Assembly: GCA_963708075.1 (NCBI GenBank)
Contig: OY970194.1
Location: 4,896,001 to 4,960,000 of the forward strand
Origin: Sedimentisphaerales bacterium
GTDB lineage: Bacteria; Planctomycetota; Phycisphaerae; Sedimentisphaerales; Anaerobacaceae
DNA length: 64,000 bases
Reading direction: 5' to 3'
The translations under genes and the position numbers were made by a program. The notes under the pieces were generated by a model. The model was not told the origin of the DNA, did no database searches, and saw nothing but the letters and a program-made list of their open reading frames with translations. The number at the start of each line of letters is the position of its first letter. The stretch's first letter is position 1. Positions 50,713 through 58,767 of this stretch are shown here, piece by piece.

Positions 50713-51921
50713 GTGATACCGAACCATTATAGCCATAAGCTGAGCGCCCTTGACATTGAGATGGTGAAGGCCGTGCCGCCTGGAGGAAACTGGAAGGATA
50801 TACCAGTCACGATTCCATCGCAGCGACTGCGCCAGATAAGAGAAAGCTATGCAAAAGGTGGCGGAAGTCGGTCAACGTACTATGGCCGTCTGCATCCAGA
50901 TCGCCCATCATATACTATCAACACGTGCTTCAATCGACCGGGGAATGGCTGCTTCATTCACTATAACATGCGCGATAGCCAGCACCGTCTGATTTCTCAA
51001 CGCGAGGCTGCCAGACTTCAGAGTTTCCCAGATTCTGTGGAGTTCTTCGGAAGTAAGGCATCGATAAACAAACAGATAGGCAACGCCGTTCCCCCTTTAC
51101 TTGCATTTCAAATAGCGAGTTCCTTTGGCGAGCCAGGTCGTTTTGTTGATCTGTTCTGTGGCGCTGGTGGTCTAAGCCTAGGTTTTGTGTGGGCCAACTG
51201 GAGGCCCGTCCTAGGCGCCGACCTCGAACCATCGTTCCTTCAGACGTACTCGGCTGCCATTGATTCCAATGTTGTCTGTGGGGACATAACGCGCACATCT
51301 GTATTCCAGGAGATCATTGACCGCTCGAGACGCCTTACATCGCATACTTCGGATCGCTTCTTCGTACTTGGAGGACCTCCATGTCAAGGCTTCTCGACGG
51401 CTGGCAATCGGCGATCGATGAGCGACGGACGAAATCTCCTCTATGTAGAGTACTGTCGATCGCTCAAATTGCTACAGCCGGATGGCTTCCTATTTGAGAA
51501 CGTACTTGGACTCACCAATATGGAAGGAGGGAGGGTTTTAGCGACCATCGTCCGAATGCTTGAAGACTTAGACTATAACGTGTCTGTATGGCGTCTCAAA
51601 GCCGAGGACTTCGGAATACCACAGCGACGCCAGAGAATATTTGTGGTTGGTGCTCGGGGCTCTGTGACAATGCGCGCAGGCCCCCCGCCTGTGACAACGT
51701 TCAGTGCTCAAGTGAACACGGACCCCCTTCTGCCTCGCGTAGCCACAGTCAGGGAGGCTCTCGATGACCTTCCACCAATAGGAGCCGGCGAAGATGGCAG
51801 TGTGCTCGCCTATCGGTCAAAACCGAGCACTCCTTACGTGCAGTTCGTCAGAGGCGTCATTTCACCCTGTGAGTACATAGAACAGGTTAGGAGGCATCCC
51901 GCAAATGATACGCGTCACTAA
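50713..51921 (+). CDS. Circularly permuted C5-cytosine DNA methyltransferase
   Basis: Motifs IX (REAARLQSFPD) and X (QIGNAVPP) precede I (DLFCGAGG), IV (GGPPCQGFS), VI (ENV) and VIII (QRRQR). Confidence 0.92.
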   Translation: MIPNHYSHKLSALDIEMVKAVPPGGNWKDIPVTIPSQRLRQIRESYAKGGGSRSTYYGRLHPDRPSYTINTCFNRPGNGCFIHYNMRDSQHRLISQREAARLQSFPDSVEFFGSKASINKQIGNAVPPLLAFQIASSFGEPGRFVDLFCGAGGLSLGFVWANWRPVLGADLEPSFLQTYSAAIDSNVVCGDITRTSVFQEIIDRSRRLTSHTSDRFFVLGGPPCQGFSTAGNRRSMSDGRNLLYVEYCRSLKLLQPDGFLFENVLGLTNMEGGRVLATIVRMLEDLDYNVSVWRLKAEDFGIPQRRQRIFVVGARGSVTMRAGPPPVTTFSAQVNTDPLLPRVATVREALDDLPPIGAGEDGSVLAYRSKPSTPYVQFVRGVISPCEYIEQVRRHPANDTRH

Positions 51922-53218
51922 TCCGGCGGCATACGCGACATCCTTGCGCCTCTTGGGTGCGCATAGGGCTAATCTCTCTCGGGACTTCAGGGGTAGATTT
52001 ATCCAATTATTTTTGGGTCTCAAGTACTACCAGAACGAGATTCCGAGCATGTTTGCCAACCAGTTCGTGTCGACTGAAACCCTCCAGACTCTTCTCGACG
52101 ATCTGTACGCAAAAGGATCTCGCCCACTTGATGATTGCGTTTTGATGCTCTTCAATAATGGATATAAACCACGAACTGGTCTGACCGGCCAGGGGAGAAG
52201 GGCACCGCAGAATACTTGGCGCAACAACTTCCACCTGCAGAAGGGCGTTGGATGTTATGCTCCTCCCCAAGACCTTTCGAGCGCGGTCTTCCTGAATCAA
52301 TCACGTGTCAGGTGCCGCTATTTGCAGCCTGCACAAAGCGGTGCTCTAGCAAACGCAACCTGCCGACTCTGTCCACGAGGCGCAAGGTACAGAAATGAAG
52401 ACCATAGAAAGTGGCTGCGGATAGACCCGGGTGGAGCTGGATTCGCTGTGGTTGATCTTCTGAACACGGACAATTTCATTCCCTACATCGCACCAAATGG
52501 AAACCGCATCCCCATTCTACCCCTCATCATTGCCTTGTACCATGATGCTCTTCCTGGCCTCGCTCTAGCATCGCGCCAAGAACTGGATGTTGATGACTTC
52601 GCAGATGATTTCAACTTTTCCCCGCAGGAGGTAGTGGCCTACTTTGACGGCGACCCAGCACATCCTGGAAACCAGAGCCTATTGCGCACCTTTGCCGACA
52701 TGTCGTATAGAGACCTTGGCTCAGGTATGGTCCTCCCTCGGGCGAGGCGCCGTGCGCTCGCTCTTACAGCGTGTCCAAGGGTCCGTGTCTTGGCTCCAAC
52801 TCTCTCGGGGACGCCAGCCCCGCCGCCGGGCGTGAACACAGGTTGGGAAGCAGAGCAGTTTGTGATGAGCGCTCTGATTCAGGCTCAATGCACAGTCTTT
52901 AATGTCTCCCGCCAGCGACTAGGGTATGATCTCCTGATCAAGAGAGGACAGCGGACATGGTATGTAGACGTGAAAAGTTCACTCGGCTACTGCAGTCCCT
53001 CGTTGACGCAGCGAGAGTGGGAACAAGCGAGAGCTCACGGTGATGCTTATGTCCTCGCAATTATCGAGAATTTCAATCCCGTGGCTTCAAATACCATCTA
53101 CTGGATTCCCGACCCTTTTGGAACTTGCACAGCAAGGGAATCATCTACTGTAAGCTACGGCATAGCTCGCACCTCTTGGGTGGTACACGCGGTTTCGCTC
53201 AACTCGATTTGGCGTTAG
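51905..53218 (+). CDS. Putative endonuclease with C-terminal DUF3883-like PD-(D/E)xK domain
   Basis: TGWEAE...LGYDLL...YVDVKSS...LTQREW; overlaps the MTase stop. Confidence 0.7.
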   Translation: MIRVTNPAAYATSLRLLGAHRANLSRDFRGRFIQLFLGLKYYQNEIPSMFANQFVSTETLQTLLDDLYAKGSRPLDDCVLMLFNNGYKPRTGLTGQGRRAPQNTWRNNFHLQKGVGCYAPPQDLSSAVFLNQSRVRCRYLQPAQSGALANATCRLCPRGARYRNEDHRKWLRIDPGGAGFAVVDLLNTDNFIPYIAPNGNRIPILPLIIALYHDALPGLALASRQELDVDDFADDFNFSPQEVVAYFDGDPAHPGNQSLLRTFADMSYRDLGSGMVLPRARRRALALTACPRVRVLAPTLSGTPAPPPGVNTGWEAEQFVMSALIQAQCTVFNVSRQRLGYDLLIKRGQRTWYVDVKSSLGYCSPSLTQREWEQARAHGDAYVLAIIENFNPVASNTIYWIPDPFGTCTARESSTVSYGIARTSWVVHAVSLNSIWR

Positions 53219-53220
53219 AG

Positions 53221-53700
53221 CTAACCAGGGCGCTCGCACCGGGCCTTGGCTCTGGATGCTACGACCTTCCCGATGGCCTTAGCAACTAGCTGTGGCGAAG
53301 AGAGGATATCAGTCTCCCACACCCGGACAACCTTCCAGCCCAGTCTCGTTAGGCGTTTGTCTGTTCGCCGATCACGTTCCATGTTCGAGCGGATCTTTTC
53401 ACACCAATACTGGGCGTTGGTTCCTTCCATCAGCTTGCTTCTAAGTGTCCGCCAATCTCTTCCATGCCAGAAGTCGCCGTCGCAGAACACGACTGTGCGC
53501 GCCGCTATGAACACGACATCCGGCGTGCCAGGCACATTCCTGGCATTCTTGCGAAATCGCAATCCCATCTTGTGAAGTGTGCTTCGCAGTAGCACCTCAG
53601 CCTTGGTGTTCACCGCACGGTTGGCACGCTTAGCGCGTGAGCTTGCGAGCGATGCCGGCTTGAGTCCAATGAAAGAAGGGACGCGGCTTTTTGCTCTCAT
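53221..53700 (-). CDS. vsr: Very-short-patch repair endonuclease
   Basis: NTKAEVLLR, PGTPDVVF, FCDGDFWHG, WCEKI..N.ERD, GWKVVRVWE. Confidence 0.93.
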   Translation of the reverse strand: MRAKSRVPSFIGLKPASLASSRAKRANRAVNTKAEVLLRSTLHKMGLRFRKNARNVPGTPDVVFIAARTVVFCDGDFWHGRDWRTLRSKLMEGTNAQYWCEKIRSNMERDRRTDKRLTRLGWKVVRVWETDILSSPQLVAKAIGKVVASRAKARCERPG

Positions 53701-54255
53701 TTCCTACCCATTCGCAAGACTCTCTTGCACATCTCTGCACGCTGTGGCAACTCACTTGGCCTCGACCTTGACCAGCCAGTCTATCGCTCGTGCGTGGGAT
53801 TCTTCAATCATGGTTTCAGCCTTCGTAGCCACTCAATATCCCGCTATCACTAGCATGCTATCGCTTAGCAGAGCCGGTGTCCAGAGGGGCAACGGCGAAT
53901 GCCGAACAGTCATTTTCGGCGAGGGGGCGTGGGCGGAGCCGGTGAGAGGGAAAGGGAAGTTTGATTTCTGATTTTTGATGTTTGATTTGAAAACGGGGGA
54001 CGGGGGGACGCCCGAATGCGGAGTGCGGATTTCGGAATGCGGAATGGGACAAGAAATGTGAAGTTTGATGTTTGAAGTGGGAAGGCGGAGGTTGGGGTGC
54101 TCTGCGTCTTGGCGTCTCTGCGTGAGAGGATCAGTTGGCAGTTGCCAGTAGTCGGTTGCCGGTTGGGGACCTGGATTCCCGCCTTCGCGGGAATGACATG
54201 CACAAGGCAGTTTTCGCGTGGTTCGCGTGCTTCGCGGTTGAGGAGCAGTTGTCGG

Positions 54256-55014
54256 TCAGCGGTTCTTTTTCCATCGGGTCTTGCGGCCGTCGGTCCATTG
54301 GGGGCCATTAGGGAACTCGGCGTAGAGCGCCTGGCGGCGCTCGGGGGGCCATTCGTCGGGGAAGTTGAGGCGGGCGAATTCCCGGAAATTCAGGACGGCG
54401 GCACGGTCGTAGGCGCGGGCGGCCTCCTCCTCGATGTCGTAATAGCCGAGCGAGTGCGAGCGGCCGTCACACCAGATTCTCGCGAACCATTTGCGGGTCG
54501 GCTTGTGGTACTGGACGCCTTTGAAACGGGAGGCGCCGCCGATCATCTTGGCCTTGTTGCGGTGGTTCTCCTGGTGGGTGCAGTTGCGCAGGTTGCCGCG
54601 GAGGTTGTCCAGGCCGTTGCCGTCCGTGTGGTCGCAGACCCTGCCGGGAGGCGTCTGCATGATCTCGCGGTGCATGCGGATCGTTTTGCCGTTTTCGTGG
54701 CGGGCGGCGTAGCGACCGTCGACCAGGTGCCACTTGTACTTACTGAGCCACTCGTAGTCGGCGGCGTCGACGTAGGCGTAGAGGCCGCCGGCGACGGGGA
54801 TTCGCTTGACGGAGGCGTCGGCAAGGTCGGGGTCGGCGGGCCTGGCGCGGTAGTTGCGGCAGACGGGGCCCAGGGGCGTCGGCCGGGTCCGGCCGGGCGA
54901 GTCGGGGTGGTTGGCGCAGACCGGCCGGCTCGGAACGCCCGACGACAGGCTCCACATCCACTGGCACCGGTCCCAAGAGGCGAACACGCAACTGTGACAG
55001 GTCGGCTGGGCCAT
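54256..55014 (-). CDS. HNH endonuclease-AP2 domain protein with Cys-rich N-terminus
   Basis: MHREIM...CDHTDGNGLDNLRGNLR (HNH_3); SRFKGV...WFARI...LGYY..EEEAARAYD (AP2); N-terminal CxxC...C...CANH...C. Confidence 0.9.
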   Translation of the reverse strand: MAQPTCHSCVFASWDRCQWMWSLSSGVPSRPVCANHPDSPGRTRPTPLGPVCRNYRARPADPDLADASVKRIPVAGGLYAYVDAADYEWLSKYKWHLVDGRYAARHENGKTIRMHREIMQTPPGRVCDHTDGNGLDNLRGNLRNCTHQENHRNKAKMIGGASRFKGVQYHKPTRKWFARIWCDGRSHSLGYYDIEEEAARAYDRAAVLNFREFARLNFPDEWPPERRQALYAEFPNGPQWTDGRKTRWKKNR

Positions 55015-55153
55015 GGTCTTCTCCCTTCCACTGAAGTATCAAGTTTGATGTTTGAATTTTGATTTTTGAAGTTTTCAGGGCGTCCCCGCTCGTCCAAAGG
55101 TACGTGCGAGGACGCACGACATGCAGAGACCCGTGACGTGCGACATTTCGTAC

Positions 55154-55182
55154 ATTCTACCCAAGCATGGTCAATTGGTCAA
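55154..55182 (-). promoter_or_regulatory. Sigma70-like promoter of the HNH-AP2 gene
   Basis: TTGACC-17-TAGAAT. Confidence 0.5.
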
Positions 55183-55208
55183 GCACAAAAGGAGGAAAAA
55201 GATGGACG

Positions 55209-55391
55209 GGGTGCGGTCGGCTTTCGGTGGCGGATTTGAGCCTCGGCGTAGGATGAGCGTCCTCGCTCGTCCCCCCTTGTCGTGCGTCTTCGCACGACGG
55301 TTTGAGCGATTGCCCGTGCTCCTCAGGGGCGAACGGGGACGTTCGCCCTACGAAGAGCGGCGTGGACTGCCACCATATTCCGACCGCACCC
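55209..55391 (-). mobile_element. 183-bp MITE-like element, inverted copy of 45427-45609
   Basis: Same TIRs and length; the ORF track gives identical translations across the body of both copies. Confidence 0.8.
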
Positions 55392-56043
55392 GATGGACGG
55401 GCGACGGGGCGACGGCGGGACGCCGCGATTTGAAAAAGATTTCCAGATGATTTCAGGCAGATGTCACAACTTCCAGCCACAGAAGGACTTAGAAACAACG
55501 AATCACACAAATGGTACGAATGAAAGACGGGCAAACAGAATTGGTGTAATTCGTGTGATTCGTGGTTCAAGAGTGGGTGGGTTCCGGCCCAAGGCCGGGC
55601 TGGGCAATCTGCGGATGAGAATCAGTTGGCAGTTCCCGGTTGAAAATCTGCGTTCATCGGCGTTCATCTGCGGTTGCATTTCTCCGTGTTCTCCGTGTCT
55701 CCGTGGTGAAGAAGCCTGGATTCCCGCCTCCGCGGGAATGACATTCAAGAGCAGTGTTCGCGTCGTTCGCGGTGAGAGAGGCAGGGGTCAGGGGTCGGGG
55801 ATCAGGGGGCAGCCTCAAATCGGTGTGAATCGGTGAAATCCGGGCCGGAAATGTGCGGGCGATTGGCCCCGAGCGCCTTTCGCGGGAATAGCATGAGGGA
55901 AATCTGCGTGAATCCGTAAAATTCCGGCCGGTGAGCCTGACGGACCCGCGGAGGCCGGGATTTCGTGTTTCCGCACCCTGGGAGGTAATCAGCTTCCCCC
56001 CTATGGCTTGTAGAGTTTTATGGGTTGTTCTACAACATATAGG

Positions 56044-56072
56044 TTGACAGCCTGGCCGGAGTTCACTATCCT
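56044..56072 (+). promoter_or_regulatory. Sigma70 promoter ~270 nt upstream of the KamA operon
   Basis: TTGACA-17-TATCCT. Confidence 0.6.
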
Positions 56073-56345
56073 GTAACGCCATGAAAGATAGGGGTTGCAC
56101 GGCAAAAGGTGCAAAACGGGTGCTTCGCCCGGGCTGTCGTGGGCTCCATATCGGAATTTTTTTTCTTTAAGATGATTGCTATGGAACATCAGGCCGTCAG
56201 AGAGCATAGTGTCGATGCAAATCGCTTTTCTCGGCGGTGTGATCAATTTCGTGAAGCCATCGTTGTTGGTGGTCGATTTCATGAGATTGTCGTAGTTGAA
56301 CGTGTAGTGAACAGTACCCAAGGAAAAAGAAAGGAAACGTGAATC

Positions 56346-57698
56346 ATGTCTATGTGCCCTGTGGGCGGAGGAGAAGACTCCTGTCATGTCGATACCTCCG
56401 TGTGCACGGGCGACGACGAGCCTCCGCTCATAGCCGTCGCACCCGCCGCGATTGAGACCATGACTTGCCGGCCCAACGGATGGGATGATTGGCGCTGGCA
56501 AATGGCCCATCGCATTCGAACCCCTCAACAACTGTCTGCGGCCTTTCCTCGCTGGGTGGGAGATCCAAACCTCGCTTCTGTGGCGGCCAAGTATCCCATG
56601 GCGATCACGCCCTACTACGTGTCGCTGATTCGCCGCGCGGATAGCTCCGACCCCATCTTCCAGATGTGCGTGCCGCAGATTCAGGAACTGACGGACCCGC
56701 CGTTCCTGAGCCCTGATCCCCTGGAGGAGTGTCATGACATGCCGGTCCCCGGGATGGTCCATCGGTACCCGGACCGCGCGCTGGTCATCGCGACGACCAT
56801 GTGCTCCGCGTATTGCCGGCATTGCACGCGCAAGCGAATCGCCGGAACGCGGGAGACCAGCATCACGAAACGGCGTCTCGAGCAGATTGCCGCCTACCTC
56901 AAGGAGCACCCGCAGATCAGCGACGTGATCGTCTCGGGCGGGGACCCGCTGACGATGAGCACGGAGAATCTTGAGATGGTGCTGTCGCGACTGCGCCAGG
57001 TCCCGTCGGTGCAGATCATCCGCATCGGCACGCGGGTGCCGGTGGTGCTGCCCCAGCGAATCACGGATGAGCTGTGCCAGATGCTGCGCAAGTACCACCC
57101 CCTGTGGATCAACACGCATTTCAACCATCCTCAGGAACTGACGCCGGAAGCGATACAGGCCTGCAATCGGCTCGCCGACGTCGGCATTCCGCTGGGGAAC
57201 CAGTCCGTGCTGCTGCGCGGCGTGAACGATCGCCCACAGATCATCGAGCAGCTCTGCCGCGGCCTGGTGCGCATGCGGGTCAGACCCTACTACATGTATC
57301 AGTGCGACCTCGTTCGCGGCGTGGAGCACTTCCGTACTCCGCTGTCGCGCGGCATGGAGATCATGGAGTATCTGCGCGGCCGGCTCAGCGGTCTGGCGAT
57401 TCCCACCTTCGTGGTGGACGCCCCGCACGGCGGCGGCAAGATCCCCGTCCTGCCGACCTACGTCGTCACGCAAAGTCCGACGCACACGGTGCTGAGGAAC
57501 TACGAGGGGATGCTGATCGCCTATCCCGAGCCGCAGGATCGTTGTCAAGGTCAGTGCCCGACGCCGCAGGAGGAATCCGCGCCGGGGGTCTGGGAACTGA
57601 CGGCGGGACGGTACAGCCGCATCCAGCCTGAGAAGACTCTCCGCCAGGCCAGACGCCAGACGTGCTGCGCATCGGACGAGTCTGTGGGGGATTTCTAA
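56346..57698 (+). CDS. kamA: KamA-family radical SAM/PLP 2,3-aminomutase (lysine 2,3-aminomutase-like)
   Basis: WDDWRWQ, ITPYY, HRYPDR, CSAYCRHCTRKR, SGGDPL, HFNHP, NQSVLLRGVND, PHGGGKIP. Confidence 0.9.
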   Translation: MSMCPVGGGEDSCHVDTSVCTGDDEPPLIAVAPAAIETMTCRPNGWDDWRWQMAHRIRTPQQLSAAFPRWVGDPNLASVAAKYPMAITPYYVSLIRRADSSDPIFQMCVPQIQELTDPPFLSPDPLEECHDMPVPGMVHRYPDRALVIATTMCSAYCRHCTRKRIAGTRETSITKRRLEQIAAYLKEHPQISDVIVSGGDPLTMSTENLEMVLSRLRQVPSVQIIRIGTRVPVVLPQRITDELCQMLRKYHPLWINTHFNHPQELTPEAIQACNRLADVGIPLGNQSVLLRGVNDRPQIIEQLCRGLVRMRVRPYYMYQCDLVRGVEHFRTPLSRGMEIMEYLRGRLSGLAIPTFVVDAPHGGGKIPVLPTYVVTQSPTHTVLRNYEGMLIAYPEPQDRCQGQCPTPQEESAPGVWELTAGRYSRIQPEKTLRQARRQTCCASDESVGDF

Positions 57699-57702
57699 GC
57701 AA

Positions 57703-58767
57703 ATGAGCAAGACATCACGCGGGACCAGCCCCGATCCTCGCCGGCGAGAGGACGCAGTGACGATCGGGCTGGTCTACGATTTGAGGGACGACTACCTCGC
57801 CGAAGGGTACACCGAAGAGCAAGTGGCCGAGTTCGACTCGGCGGCGACCATTGGCTGTCTGGAGCAGGCGCTGCGGTCTCTCGGCCACACGACCGAGCGC
57901 ATCGGCAACGGCCTGGCTCTTGCCAGGCAGCTCGCCTGCGGCAAGCGGTGGGACCTGGTCTTCAACATTGCCGAGGGCCTGACCGGACGCAGCCGAGAGG
58001 CCCAGGTGCCGGCCCTGTTGGAAATGTATGGGATTTCCTATACCTTCTCGGATCCTCTGGTCTCTGCGCTGACGTTGGACAAGGCGATGACCAAGCGGGT
58101 GATCCAGTCGGCGGGCCTGCATACGCCTCGTTTCGCGGTGGTGACATCGCCCGAGGAGGCAGAGTCCGTCGATCTCGGATTTCCGCTGTTCGCCAAGCCG
58201 CTGGCCGAGGGGACGGGCAAGGGAGTCGATGAGCATTCACGCATCGAATCAAGCGAGGCCTTGAAGAGGGTCTGCATTCGTTTGCTGGAGCGATTCTGCC
58301 AACCGGTTCTCGTGGAGGAGTACCTGCCCGGCCGGGAGTTCACTACAGCCGTCCTGGGGACGGGCCGTGATGCTGCGGTTCTGGGGACCATGGAGATCGC
58401 CATCCGCGAGAACGCTCCGGCCACCGATTATTCCTACGAGGTGAAGGAACTCTGCGAGCAGTGGGTCCACTACTTCCCGATGCCGCACGGGGCCCTGCGC
58501 GATCAGGTCGAAGACCTGGCCTTGAGGGCTTACCGGGTGCTGGAGTGTCGTGACACCGGACGCGTGGATATCCGTCTGGACGCCGGGGGCCGACCTGCAT
58601 TCATCGAGATCAATCCCCTGCCGGGATTGCATCCGACGCATTCGGATCTCCCGATGATCGCCACCCAGGAGGGCATGGCCTACGAGACGTTGATCGGCCG
58701 GATTGTTCAGAGTGCTCTTTCACACCGGGAGTCGGTAGCGTGCCACGCCAAAAAATCAGCGTCCTGA
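57703..58767 (+). CDS. D-Ala-D-Ala-ligase-like ATP-grasp amide ligase
   Basis: FNIAEG...REAQVP, LDKAMTK, KPLAEGTGKG, EEYLPGREF, RVDIR, EINPLPG. Confidence 0.9.
   Translation: MSKTSRGTSPDPRRREDAVTIGLVYDLRDDYLAEGYTEEQVAEFDSAATIGCLEQALRSLGHTTERIGNGLALARQLACGKRWDLVFNIAEGLTGRSREAQVPALLEMYGISYTFSDPLVSALTLDKAMTKRVIQSAGLHTPRFAVVTSPEEAESVDLGFPLFAKPLAEGTGKGVDEHSRIESSEALKRVCIRLLERFCQPVLVEEYLPGREFTTAVLGTGRDAAVLGTMEIAIRENAPATDYSYEVKELCEQWVHYFPMPHGALRDQVEDLALRAYRVLECRDTGRVDIRLDAGGRPAFIEINPLPGLHPTHSDLPMIATQEGMAYETLIGRIVQSALSHRESVACHAKKSAS

Noticed and set aside
56346..57698. EF-P modification enzyme EpmB
   Set aside because: Its length and C-terminal extension fit KamA/AblA-like enzymes, and no efp or epmA is adjacent.
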